A DNA stretch of 63,361 nt, the filler included, from Perkinsus olseni (lineage: Eukaryota), in NCBI GenBank assembly GCA_013115125.1. It is 34 parts of 34 records of this genome, joined end to end, with 100 filler letters (N's around TTAATTAATTAA, not from the genome) between each part and the next. Parts side by side here need not be neighbours in the genome. Positions count along the whole stretch, not along the records: positions 48,680 to 50,435 come from JABANN010001754.1; positions 50,536 to 52,288 come from JABANN010001755.1; positions 52,389 to 54,140 come from JABANN010001756.1; positions 54,241 to 55,989 come from JABANN010001757.1; positions 56,090 to 57,833 come from JABANN010001758.1; positions 57,934 to 59,677 come from JABANN010001759.1; positions 59,778 to 61,520 come from JABANN010001760.1; positions 61,621 to 63,361 come from JABANN010001761.1; 26 more parts are not named here. One strand, given 5' to 3'. A program made the position numbers and the translations under genes. Shown one piece after another: positions 48,966-61,691 of the stretch (position 1 is the stretch's first letter; every line of letters starts with the position of its first letter). Under the pieces are notes generated by a model. That model worked only from the letters and a program-made list of their open reading frames with translations, ran no database searches and was not told the DNA's origin.

Positions 48966-51900
48966 GTGGTATGAAAAACTTCTTAGAATCAGAGTTGTCG
49001 TTGCGTCATCATTGCTGCTCCTGTATCAAAGGAGCTGACTTGAAGGAAGGTTGCGAATCGAAGCTATCGAATTCTCATTGTTATTTCAAAAGCTCAAAAC
49101 AGAGGAGTAGAGGTTTCAAGGTCTCCACCCAAAGCCTCGGTCACGGGACAGGAACCCGGCTAACTGGTACACCGTTCACACGGGTCCGTCCCGTCACCCA
49201 AACGCCCGAACCGGTTTAGTTGAACTCCCCGATGTGCTCATTTCCTGGAGAGTCAAGTTTTTACACCGATCCCTATCCTTCTGGGGCCCTGTTCAGACTG
49301 CATCATCCCCAGGAATCGAAGAATCCACTCATTAGTTGAATACCGCTCCGTTGGTGAGCATTATTTCATTGAGATTGGACGAAACGACACCGTTAGACGT
49401 TCCCACTCGTGATTGGACCTGAACACCGATTCTGGGGCACGGCTTGAAATGAAGTAATCAGTAGCAGTGCTCGGAATCAGTAGCAGTGCTCGGAATTCGT
49501 CGGTGAGGAACAGTGAAGTCCTCCGATTTGACTTTATCTATATAAGCTCTGACTTATTTCTCCGCGTATCGAATCCGCATATCGCCCCAGGTATCACTCA
49601 TCAGTGTTCGGTAATCAAATGTACTCGTGGATTGAGATGCGTAGGTTCGAATAGCATTCAAAATTGCGACATCCCAAAGTTGACTGGTACTTTCATCAGC
49701 GTCACTCATAAGTGACCAGGCGGAAACCCGCAATAGTGCATCAGGGCGTCCTTACGTGTGAGATGATCTTGCCCGCGTAATCACCATCATCCAATGATTT
49801 CACTAGTGCACTGGAATCACACGGTGATCTGACTCGAGGGTAGTGCTGTAACTTACAGCCTGTAAGGCTTGCACTCTTAAGCTTCGGGATCCGTATACGT
49901 CCTTTGAGGCCCAAACGAGCCCTGGCCTGAGTTATACGTTCGGTTTACTCGGTGCCCATCATTCCGGATACTAACGAAAGGGACAGAAGTGAAGTCATGC
50001 GAACGGAGGGCTCATCTCTCTAATCGATCTTCTCCCAAAGGTCGCCGCGAATCCAGAATTAGCTGTGTGTAAGTACGAAATTCTCACGGAACGAAAGAAG
50101 AGCACTGAATTGAGTATTGCATCACTATCAGACACCGACTTCGATCAATGGCTGGATGATTTGTTCTACCCAAAGTCCAGAACTCAACACTCCAGAGATC
50201 CAAGTACTGTCGATTGTTCTCATACAATAGAGTACTATTTTTCTTGTTGTTAAACAAGGTCTCATAGGAGGCCCCACTAAGCCTTGATAATACAGCTTCA
50301 TAATAAGAGAGTAGATGGTAGCAACTACTAATGAATATCCTAATAATAGGCGGATACTACTGAATATTAAACAAAATATGAAGTTGTTGGTATTATTATT
50401 AATGCGAGTCTGCGTACTCCACACCCTTCTTCACGNNNNNNNNNNNNNNNNNNNNNNNNNNNNNNNNNNNNNNNNNNNNTTAATTAATTAANNNNNNNNN
50501 NNNNNNNNNNNNNNNNNNNNNNNNNNNNNNNNNNNGCCGAGGGAAGAGTTTGTACGAACCGAAATGAGTCGTCATCAGGGTGGTGAAGTTCACCAGGTGA
50601 ACTATACAAAACCAACTACACAACTAAGTTAACAGTAACGTGTCCACTAGGAAGGCAGGATGCTATTTGATGAGTGATAGCCAGCGTCGTCACGAGTTTG
50701 CTCAGCAAACTTTGCTGTGGTCTGGTTAATAGGGCAAAATATGAGAATGAAGGAAGCCGGAGGTGCCCTTTGAATAGACACGCGAGGCTAAATGTACCAT
50801 GTCCTGCTCGAGGCACAACGGAACGTTTCAATCAAAGGGGAGAACCGAACGATCGAAACGCAACACGACGTGCCTCTGGAGACTAGTCGCCCTTCGCATG
50901 GGGGGCGGGCATGTCCATTCCACGAGAAAATGCAACGATTGAAAGCACCACTGAGCCGATCAGCACCTGAGAGTGAATCTTATGTTGCAGCGTGGAAGAT
51001 ACGAAAGAGGCCAATCAACTCTCACCGCGACCAGCACGAAGTGGAATGTCCCGTCAAGAACATGCCGTCCATTAGTCCACATGTCTGCTGGCGCCTCCAG
51101 TGGGCTCACCGCCTCCCTAACGAGAGAATCGCTATTCTGTAGCAGCTCGTGTATCCTAGTCCAGTTAACGTTGTATACGGGCGGAGGGACCGGCATCAAC
51201 AACCAACCACAAAGAAGCTTAACCTCGGAAATCGAGTCGCACGTATTGGGTCGTTCAATAGGCGGGCTGCGAAACAGGGAACTGATTCCACAACCGGCTC
51301 TCAGAAATTCCAACGCCCATTTCTATGAACTGAAAACTAGTAATGAAAATCGGTTTCAGAACTGGTTTTGGCTTTGTCCATTGAACGATCCATATGTCGC
51401 ATCGGGAGCATGTCAAACAGTCCCTTCATCACAGTGGAGAGTTCCCCTTCCGCGGACGACATGATGGGTGGTATCTTTATTTCTATGTAGTGCAAGGATT
51501 TCGAGTACAGCAGGAACTAGTACGAGGGAAGAGTGCTGTAGAGTATAATCCGCTGATCCCATCTTGCTCCGATGAGAAGCTACGCTGAAACTGAGTGGCG
51601 GATGAGTAGAAGTCAGCAAATTTCGTACCGAAAAACCTGAGTGTTGTGTTCTCAACCGGTATGTCTCTTCACAGTGTTAATGGCGAACTCAAACAAAAAT
51701 ACGAAATCATCAGTAATGCTCTGCGAGTATGGCAGAGATGTGCATGCTCCTCCTCTTCTTCATCAGCAAAGACAATGAAACAGGATACGATCAATGCATG
51801 CTCACAGCAGGTATCAAGCTGCCGACAGATCTACACAAATCGATCAAACGTCGCACAACTTGACCTCCACGCGTATCTTGATAGCTTGCAACCTCCGAAA

Positions 51901-52078
51901 GATACTCCGGTGAACAGACTATGATAACCTTCACTTTCGATGTCGATGTGGCAATGAGAAGATAAAGAAGTTTGAAGGGACCGTTGAATCCACGGAAGCG
52001 ACGAGAAAGAATGCAGTAGTAATTGTATGAGTATCACTGCAGTTATGATTCTCGAACGAAAACCATCACGGAGCTCAC

Positions 52079-52217
52079 CTTGGAACTTCCAGTTTTCAAC
52101 GATACTATTCATCTCTCCATCAGAAAAGTGATCAGCGTTGTACCGTCGCTTGTCCCCATTGAGGAACTCTACGTCAATAGTCGCCGGCCCATCATAAGCC
52201 AAGAGCTCCCACGTTGC
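52079..52217 (-). CDS. Exon of a mitochondrial ribosomal protein of the mL53/mL43 (thioredoxin-like) group
   Basis: AG/GT-bounded exon ATWELLAYDGPATIDVEFLNGDKRRYNADHFSDGEMNSIVENWKFQ. Similarity is judged from memory. Confidence 0.5.
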
Positions 52218-53150
52218 CTGATGAACACATTGAACACCCAAGCCGACCTTTGAGTATCGGTCACAGTGGCCAGAATAGCTAGAGAGTANNNNNNNNNNNN
52301 NNNNNNNNNNNNNNNNNNNNNNNNNNNNNNNNTTAATTAATTAANNNNNNNNNNNNNNNNNNNNNNNNNNNNNNNNNNNNNNNNNNNNCTCTTGAAGGAG
52401 TGTCAACGGGGCAAGGAGATCCATCCGGAGTGACCATTGTTGAAGGGAGGGCCGCAAGAACACTAAAAGGGAACACCACACCCGATACGCGAGACTCATA
52501 CTCACCGCTCAGAGTCAACTTTCGATCAATGGATGGACAACAGGTGCCTCTCACAATTGCATCACCCGCGTCACACATGATTCGAGCACTCACAAATAAG
52601 ATGAAACTGCCGTGATTCAAACTAGCATAGCAGTCAGCAGCAGCTCGCAATGTTTCCGCGGTCGTTCTCGAGTTTATCGTTTAATTTTTGTCGCTGGGCG
52701 TGCTCATTCTGTCGATGAGAAGTCTGGGGCTTGTGTTCTTGGAAATGCGATTGACAGTTTCTGTCGAGCCTCGGAGCTTGGTTGATCTTTAGCTGCTGCT
52801 TCCGATTCATCCAAGACGGGCTACTGACTCAAATGAGCAGGGTAAGGTTCCAACTCGTTCGCGTCTAACTAATCCAGCGACGGCGTTGGGCCGTAAACTG
52901 ACGCCCACTTTCGTCAGAAGCAGGTGTCTCCTTTCGCGAGCAGACTTTGCAGCAGCAGCGACCCTCCGCTCAGTGGCCCTTGCTCCTACTTTACTTTCTG
53001 ATATCCGGTACTCGAGACGAACGCAGTACTAACTATGGTTCGCGAACATCTGATAAACATCATGTACAACAGTCTTGCTGAAATCAATCACATCAATGTG
53101 GCTTTCAATGATACGCCTCGTCATCCTCCATCTCGAGCACGACGAGGGTG

Positions 53151-53738
53151 TCACTTGTCCGGGGGTACCAGCGCAACCTGACTGGCCACAGAGCCGTCTG
53201 ACCAATGACCGACCTCATATCCTTCTGAAGGGGCTAGGCCACTAATATCGACGTTAGTGTCGCTCGGGCACCTTCCTCGATCCAAGGTCATCAGTGTTCC
53301 GTTCAATCTAAATGATACTCGTTGCAGACGCCTGTTGAATACGATGACGTCAGCGTCTCCGTCATGGTATCTTAAGTCAACGTCGCAGCTCCGACACTCC
53401 AGCACCCAAGCCCTCAAGGCTTCCAGGCTCTTTGGAATCTCGTCGAGGGACCATGAGAAATAAAGCCACGGTTGGTTCACATCGAATTCTTGCCTCTTGA
53501 ATTCGATCATGTCCGAGACTTCCTCAGAGATTCCGAGATTATCACACTTCAAAGTGAATATACCGATCCATTCGGAGTCATTACGTGGTTGGGAAGGCTC
53601 CAACCAGTCCATTCCTATGCAGAGATAAGGGTCAGCTTGAAGTTGATGATGGTACGGACCTGATGGTCCCAGCGGGAGGGTCGCTGCGGAAGAGTCCTCG
53701 AAGATCAGAGTGCTTAACAACGCGACGACAAACATCAT
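53151..53738 (-). CDS. Orphan putative secreted protein, intronless
   Basis: MMFVVALLSTLIFEDSSA signal-like start, ~195-aa ORF with several Cys. Confidence 0.6.
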   Translation of the reverse strand: MMFVVALLSTLIFEDSSAATLPLGPSGPYHHQLQADPYLCIGMDWLEPSQPRNDSEWIGIFTLKCDNLGISEEVSDMIEFKRQEFDVNQPWLYFSWSLDEIPKSLEALRAWVLECRSCDVDLRYHDGDADVIVFNRRLQRVSFRLNGTLMTLDRGRCPSDTNVDISGLAPSEGYEVGHWSDGSVASQVALVPPDK

Positions 53739-54380
53739 CAGCAAACAAATTCCACTGTGGCTTGAGTTTGACACTCAGACCCTGCCCGCTGCGAATCCTC
53801 TTTCAAATAAAACAACGAGAGACTGCCTCAGAATCTAGCCGCTTGCTCTCCGGTACGAATGATATTCCAGAGTACAAAAAGATGAGGAGGTCCTGATAAT
53901 CTTTGGAGGTGGCACACTATGAACTAAATGCTCTCATAAGATTATGGTGCAGCCTGCGGCTCTTTCCTAAGAGCAAAATCATCATACGGGAAGGAGAACA
54001 ACGCCGCTTGAACCGCTCGAAGACCTGGAATTCCGTTTCGTGCGCTAAGGACCTCCCTGTGCGCGCGAGTTTGTCAGGATTACTCGCGTAGTGAACCCGA
54101 CCCAAAAGATGTACTGCAACTCAGAAGCAACCAAACGTATNNNNNNNNNNNNNNNNNNNNNNNNNNNNNNNNNNNNNNNNNNNNTTAATTAATTAANNNN
54201 NNNNNNNNNNNNNNNNNNNNNNNNNNNNNNNNNNNNNNNNAATGCTTTGATAATATTCGCGAGTTAGAGGACTCCCAGGGCCGAGTATCCAAGGTCGCAC
54301 CGGAGAATATCCAAGAAGAGCTGGCCGAGCTATGCCAGAGCGGTTTCTCGGCGCTTCAGCCTTCCCCTGATTCACCGCTG

Positions 54381-54827
54381 GTGGACGGATTCTACACCGG
54401 CACCCGAATGGAAAGAAACGTCTCGCTCGAAGTTCACGACGGCAAGATTATGGGCGCCGGCCTGACTGTCAAGAGGGTCGGCGAGGACTGCCGCAGCATA
54501 ACCTACTATCCGGTCTGTGACGGTATGCTCGCTATTATAGTGCCGGCGGAAAAGTTGCCCACTGAGGATAAGGCATACTATGTTATGTTGAAGAAATCGG
54601 AGAAACCGAAAAAACGAAGCGAGAGTTTTCTCTCCCGTTTGAGGAGGAAGAGAAGTGATGAGGGAAACAGCGATGATGTTGAACTACAGAGTCTACAGGC
54701 TGGAAACCAGGGGTCACACCCACTCTGCAATGCTGCCCACGAGAGAAGGAAACTAAATCGGGATGAGCTGCTCGAGAAATGGGACCGCAACATGCCTGAA
54801 GACTTCGTCCTTAAACTGGTGTATTAG
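54381..54827 (+). CDS. Hypothetical protein, C-terminal portion
   Basis: 148-aa ORF with protein-like composition; no family recognised. Confidence 0.4.
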   Translation: MDGFYTGTRMERNVSLEVHDGKIMGAGLTVKRVGEDCRSITYYPVCDGMLAIIVPAEKLPTEDKAYYVMLKKSEKPKKRSESFLSRLRRKRSDEGNSDDVELQSLQAGNQGSHPLCNAAHERRKLNRDELLEKWDRNMPEDFVLKLVY

Positions 54828-56089
54828 GATGGTCGTTGCGGGACTTGACCTTTCCCGTTACTGTCTCGACTTCTCAAACTCTCATGAACGACTTGAGGGC
54901 ACCCGAACCGTCGTTTAAGCAGCCTTTCATATTCATCAGCTATCATCGTGCAAATCTATCAGTTCTTCTTGTGATCGTGCCAATTATTACTCATCGTCAT
55001 GTCGTGGCGAATAAAAGCATGGAGGCTGCCTTTGCGGTCCGCGACAGGCTTTATCTCTTGAGCCATAAGGACTTCTCTTCTACCTTACGCATGCCTCCAT
55101 GATGTGTTATGATCGACGCCAAGTAAGGGACCAGTGTTCAACAATAGCCTTCGGCTAGGGGGGGGCATCTCTCTGGTCGAAGCTCTGGGGAAACCCTGCG
55201 GTATCTTTCTCACTCGAGTGTGAGCCGAATGAGCTCAGCTAGTGGGCCACGTATATTTCTTGCAAACAGTGTTCGTGGGTGTTGAAATCACATTCGGTGA
55301 GATGTGAATAAACGAAGACGTAACAAGGAAACGCACCGGCAAGGTCATCCCCTCGTAGCGCACGCACCCAATGTATCTTCCTGGCGTTCCGTGTTCCCTT
55401 TGTACGCTCACGTCGCTCCATGCAAGGAGGGGCGACGGAGCGGAGGACAGTTCCTTGGTGGCGCTTGATCTCATAAGAAATCTTACCTGCCTCACAGGCG
55501 AATGAATCCCATCTTGTTGCAGCTCCGAAGCTTCTCTCAATAGCCTTCGTTAACAATACAGTTTGTTGCCTCGCCTTGGCCGGCAGCCTACTGGTCCATC
55601 TCACCGACGCCCAAGGCTACAGACAGCAAGAAGTGCTTTACGGAAGAGTCCACGGTGTCGGCACGGAGTTCTTTTTCGTACCGGGAGATGAGGCAGCCAT
55701 CGGTGACCTCGACACTGCTTATGTGCTAGGCATCAGTGGCGGTTACGACGAATTCCGCGGGCAGACGAGTAGCCGAAGGGAAGGCTCCAAGACGACCAGG
55801 TCGTGGACCTCTCACCTGGTACCATACAACACGTTCGTAAAACGATAATGACGAGGTCAACACGACCAGGATCCTGCGCTTCAAAGATGGTCAGACTTCA
55901 GAAAATGTCGCTGACGTCCTTGGGGGTGACACATGTTTTGATAATATTCGCCAACGGAAGGACTCCTTTTCTGAGAATTTCGAGGATCCNNNNNNNNNNN
56001 NNNNNNNNNNNNNNNNNNNNNNNNNNNNNNNNNTTAATTAATTAANNNNNNNNNNNNNNNNNNNNNNNNNNNNNNNNNNNNNNNNNNNN

Positions 56090-57757
56090 CCCAGGCTCGC
56101 TGATGTGTCGCTTGCGCGACAGTTTATGGTTTTTGGCAAACCCGGCGCCTTACCACCAAGTCAAAGAGTGCCCGCCGATTACGATTAAGGGTATTAAGGA
56201 CTGCGTCTCCAAGGAGAAGGCAACTATATCCGCTTGCCCTGAGGGCAATCCGGAGGAGGTTTTTACTTTCGAGGCTTATGTGGTCCCTGATGATACCTTT
56301 AGAGATGACTGTGAATTAATATTGGCTCGCCAGATATCTATTGACAGTCAGGGTTTTTGCAAGGCATTTGTGAAAGTACCAGCGAAGTAGAATCTGAGGT
56401 TGAAGCTGACTCTTTGTTATCTTCAAAGAGTAAAGCTAAACTTTCTTCTCCTTCCTCCTCTTCCTCCTCTTATTCTCATATGACAACATTTGGTGATGGT
56501 TCTTTATCCAATGTATTATTTTCTAAGCCTCAAAAACGTAATCGAAGAGGCCAAAGAGCAAGAAGGGCTAGACGACGTCTACGGAGTCAATCCCAACGAG
56601 CTACTTATGCTTCTTTTTATAATCCTATTATGTTACAGCCTTCATCTAATGAAGGTTTATCTAATCAATTTTCCAAGAAGGATTGGCAACATCCTTCTGA
56701 GCGAGACCGGTTACCTCCCTCTTCTACGGTACCTCAGCCTTCCCTTGTGGATGGTTTGCCCTATCATATGGCTGGATCTGGTCAATCCCGCTTGGATGGT
56801 CAACACCGGTTAACCCCCTCTTCTTTGGCGTCACAGCCTGTTCATATGGAAGGTTTACGCCACTCTCCACTTGAGTCTGGACGACAAGGTTTTAAAGAAC
56901 AGCCTTGGTCACCCCCATCTCCTACTACATTACAGCCTTTAACTATTAAAGGTTTGTCTAACTATCAGCCTCAGCCTGTATCGCGAGGTTTATCTGATCA
57001 ACCTTTGTCGTCTTCCTCTTCTACGACGCCTCAGCCCCTATGTGATGAAGGGTTACGTTGTCATATTCAGGATATTGACAAGCAAGGATGTGGAGAGCAG
57101 CCTTTGCTGCCCTTCCCTTCAACTTCGTCACAGCCTTCACTTAATGAAGGTTCACAACAAGATCCTGATGGCCCTTGTCCTCCTTTGTCTCCCTCGATGG
57201 TTCGAGAAGCTTTGGACTCTAAGAAAAGATCGTTATCGTTGTCCTCTAGCCCAATGGATGAGTATGACGACTTTGATTTGACTAAGTCTGAGCTTCATCT
57301 ACTAGGCCCTAGTAAGGATGAAGTTAAACGACAACGATGTTTTCGGGTTATCGACGAGAAGATGATCCAGAATCATGAGTCCTTGGTTGACCTTTTCACG
57401 GAAGAAAAGATCATCTCTATCACTAAGAAGCTTTTGGACAAGGTTTCTAAAGGTCCTGGCATTACTATCCCCTATACTGATGGTATGGTTGCTAAAGTTC
57501 GCCGACTACATCCTGATGAACGACGAGATACTCCTCTTCAAGATTTCGCAGTAGAAATCCATTTTAATGAGAAGACTCTCAAGCAGGTTAAGAGCGAGAT
57601 TAACAATAACCCCCAAAAGAAGAAGGAGTTTAATCGACTTCAACAACAGCAAGCTCGAGGATATGACTATTCCAAGAAGCTTATTCGCGAGTTGGCCCCC
57701 GAATTCAAGGAGCAAATGGATCTTGAAATTGACCAATTTCTACGACTAGGCTATTGG
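56090..57757 (+). mobile_element. LTR retrotransposon fragment: protease C-terminus, long Ser/Pro/Gln linker, pre-RT region (BEL/Pao-like)
   Basis: ITIKGI..AYVVP..ELIL (protease-like), then a frame change into a long ORF ending EQMDLEIDQFLRLGYWE. Confidence 0.6.
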
Positions 57758-57933
57758 GAACTAGCCACACTCGCAGCAAAGCCGCTAGACGTGCGATCTC
57801 GAGTTAGACATTCATTGTGTTGCGATGCAGGTCNNNNNNNNNNNNNNNNNNNNNNNNNNNNNNNNNNNNNNNNNNNNTTAATTAATTAANNNNNNNNNNN
57901 NNNNNNNNNNNNNNNNNNNNNNNNNNNNNNNNN

Positions 57934-59677
57934 GGTACATCCTCTGACGGACTCTATCATTTCTCTCCTTCCAGAGGTCGAAGTACTCAGTCATACTCTT
58001 GCATCTTCTCTCATAAATCTCTTCGCATAAGGCCTGGAGGTCAGCGTCGAGAACTTCTTGTTCTTCACTTCTGAGGCCAGGTAACCATTCTTCAAGTTGT
58101 TCTTGTCCAATACGAATATCTTCTCCAGTGCAGTGACCAGTGAGGTACCTTGGTCGTCGTCCATGGTAAATCTCGAACGGTGATAACCCTCCAAAGTCGT
58201 TCAAAGGCAACCTGTTGATCGAAGCGATAGCCTCACTGTAGATGGTCAGGAACCGGATAGGCTGATCCTCCAACTCGGCGGCTGCCAGTCGACTCCTTAC
58301 TTGCCTCAGAATGGTACCATGTATACGTTCGTGGAACCCTCCTAGATGACCGGCTTCCCTCGGAAGGTAGACGTAGGCTATAGCTTGGGACCTTAAGTAG
58401 ACTTTGAAGTCGGAGGAGGTAAAGCAGCTTCCAGGATCCATCACCACTGCTTGGGGTATCCCATTCATAGACACCAACTTGTGTACAGAGTCCACCACGG
58501 CTTGGGTGCTGGGGTTATCCAAGACGTCAAACAACACGTGGAAGGACACCGGATCCATCATCGTCAGACCCCACTTCTTCTGTGGCGTCGGGGACTCATC
58601 GCCGCAGTCCAAAAATGGACCCTGCAAGTCGAGTACATAACAGCTTCCCACACCAAACTGTAGTCCAACAGGTCGAACAACTCCTCCTGCCCGGCGAGTA
58701 CAGGATCGCTCCCGGGCCCGCTGGCATACCGAGCATACTTGCAACAGTCTTCTCACCACCTGACGGAGCTTTGGCGTGTAGTACCAAGTCTGGTAGATGG
58801 CCATCAACTTCGATGCACCGGCATGTCCTTGTTCTCGGTGTAGACCTCTTATACACTCTTCCACACGTCGTCCTCGTGGTACCACCGGTAGGGGGGTCAT
58901 CGTTCTCGTCTTATCCACGATAGACGTGATGCCAGTGTAGTAGAGAATGTCGTTGGGACCCAAGTAGTACATCTTCATGCCATTAGGTCTCTCATTTTGC
59001 GGCACCGTTCTCAGGGTATACTTGATAGTGGATACTCTGGGGTCACCATCCTGCAGTCTCTTGATCTCATCTTCCTCGAAGAAGCGCTCGACGTCAATAA
59101 CATTGATACCGCAGGTGGCGGCAGCCTTGATGTTGTCGCAGTTCTCCTTGAGGTGCTCTGTGGGTTCAAGTACCATCTCCAACGTCGTTGTAGTAGCACT
59201 TCTCGCCGCCTTGAGGATGAAAGCCTTCGTCGGTATATCAGGTTGATCAGGACTTTGGGGTCTGCTGGGGCCATCAGCTGGATTCTTGTCGCCGTTCACG
59301 TGCTTGATCTCTACTCTCACCCCATCTGCCAGTAGCTTGTCGATCTCGTCCAAGGCAACGTTCAACCGTTTCACCTCCAAGTTGGTGATGGTCTTCACCT
59401 TGCGCAGGGCCTTCACTCTTCTCAGACGGTAGATGACGCACTCGCTGTCGACGTAAAAGACAACCGTCTTCACCTTCTTCTGGTAGTGGAGTCGGTGGAT
59501 CATCTTGATGTAGTTGGCCACCGTGCAGACGCCCTCGCAGAACGACAAAGTTTCCTTCTTAGGGATGGTCCACTTGTCCTCGGTGGCAGAGTACAGATGA
59601 CATGACCCGAACACTCGGTTACCGGCAGCGTCGTACACCACCTGGGCTCCAGCCACTTGGCTAGCATCAGTGAACGT
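57934..59677 (-). CDS. BEL/Pao-like pol fragment: RNase H and integrase, uninterrupted
   Basis: FTDAS, TIPKKE, FYVDSE, NPADGPSR, HREQGH..CSVC, LDLQGPF, VMDPGSCF, GGFHER, INRLPL. Confidence 0.92.
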
Positions 59678-59777
59678 NNNNNNNNNNNNNNNNNNNNNNN
59701 NNNNNNNNNNNNNNNNNNNNNTTAATTAATTAANNNNNNNNNNNNNNNNNNNNNNNNNNNNNNNNNNNNNNNNNNNN

Positions 59778-61520
59778 TACGGGTACTAGACAAACTACAT
59801 AGTGAGGATATAAAAGAGGATACCGCACTGGCTGATGCTGTTTCCAAATACAAAAGTATTCTGCCGCAAAATGATAGGGAAATAGAAGGGGTTGACAATG
59901 CATTACAGGCCGAGAAAATGAGGTTGAAGAATGAATTTGATGCTTCGGAGATCTCTTTGACAAGAACAGCGATGGATAGATCCAGAAAAGCCAATAATAC
60001 GATCAAGGACCTGGAGAAGGCAATCAAAGAATTAGATGTCGAAGTTGCTCGATCGAAGAATGTTATGATGTCATCAGCCAGGGAAGGTTCAGCTTACATC
60101 GACGGTTTTATTGATAAGTTGAGAGATATTATGATGGCTGATGGTGAACTCGATAAGAGGGATTATAAATTGGGATTGGCTGATATGAATAAGAAATACG
60201 CCTCACTTGCCAGATTTACAGATCAGAGAGCTAGAGCGATAGCCGGAGATATGCAGAAATTCGGGAAATCATCGTCCCATCGTCAGGAGACTCTCGCCGT
60301 GACTTTGGCTAGAGTCGTAACCGATGCTGAGCGAATGGGGTTATCGGAGGAGGAAATGCAAAAATATGTGAGAAAGAGGCTCAGTGATGAGGCCAACGTT
60401 ACGGAAGAAGAATTCAATGAGATTCATGATATGGTTCAAGGGGATTTGACAGGATTCCGTGACAAAATGGTGCAGATGAAAAGGAAGGCTGATGATGAAC
60501 TTATCGCTGAGAATAATCGTATAAACGTTGATGATAGCATTCAGATGGGAAGATTAGCTGATCATGCTCAAATGATAGAAGCGCAGGCATTGAAGGCGGG
60601 GAATATTATTGGATATAATACTGCAGCAGGCGGGCGGAGTTATAAAATGTTGAATGGACAAGAGACCATAAGTGGGAATAAGCTGCGAGCCATGATGCAT
60701 GTTGCTGAGTAATACTAGCGCTGACAGTCAGCATCTCCATCATCATCATCATCATGATTCACACTACTGTTCTCTCAGAGCCAATAGTGGATCATTAATT
60801 GATGACATCGCCGCCGCGAAGGGCGTATCTACCACGAGAATAGCAAGTGTCATGGATGCTGTATCATCGTATATGGTTCTCATAAAAAGCTTCATGGATG
60901 AGGTAAAGAAAGCAGCAGCATCAACGACGATGACTTCATTCTGTGAACTACTATCGCTATATTACTATTGATAGTAGAGATTGTTGATATCATGTTTGCC
61001 GTTGTGGCAGATGAAGGCTGAGTTAGGGTCCGTTAAAGGCCGCTTATCGGATTTGCAGGAAGAATATGAGGATAAGATCAATAGGAATACCAAAGAATGT
61101 AATCATACTACCTGGTACATACTAGAACAATAATATACTGATATAGATATTATAATAATAATATTTCAGATATGAGACCGGCCAAGTTAGCTCTCGAATC
61201 AATCTCACAGTTCGACAGGTAGTGATCACCGGCAGAGGATGCAAAATATGCTGCTGGCTCAGCCTCATTCCAATCATCATCATTATCATCATTCAGTTTC
61301 CAGCGTGAGAGTGCGCCATTACAGAATGCCTTCCGCACGAAGGCGAGAGAGATGATGGAAAATGTCAAAGGAGGTGCTGATACAGCCGAGTAAGAACAAT
61401 TATCATATCACGAGAATCATCATCATCACTACTCGTCGTCTGTTCTATCTATCCTTATGTTAGACGAGTTGCCGATGGAATTGCTCATAAAATCGATAGA
61501 GGTGCCTCATTGGTGGAGAG
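59778..61520 (+). CDS. Large coiled-coil protein, multi-exon, internal fragment
   Basis: Long helical charged ORF (59918-60712) continued by short exons; introns are rich in (CAT)n. Confidence 0.65.
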
Positions 61521-61620
61521 NNNNNNNNNNNNNNNNNNNNNNNNNNNNNNNNNNNNNNNNNNNNTTAATTAATTAANNNNNNNNNNNNNNNNNNNNNNNN
61601 NNNNNNNNNNNNNNNNNNNN

Positions 61621-61691
61621 GCGTAGTGAGGGACGTGGTCCCTCTGACTAAGAGCTAGAGAACCCCGGAGCGAAGCGACGGGTTCTGCTAG
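61621..61691 (+). mobile_element. Helitron 3' terminus
   Basis: Hairpin AGAACCC-CGGAGCGAAGCGAC-GGGTTCT followed by GCTAG|T and T-rich flank. A second hairpin GAGGGAC-GTG-GTCCCTC lies just upstream. Confidence 0.72.
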
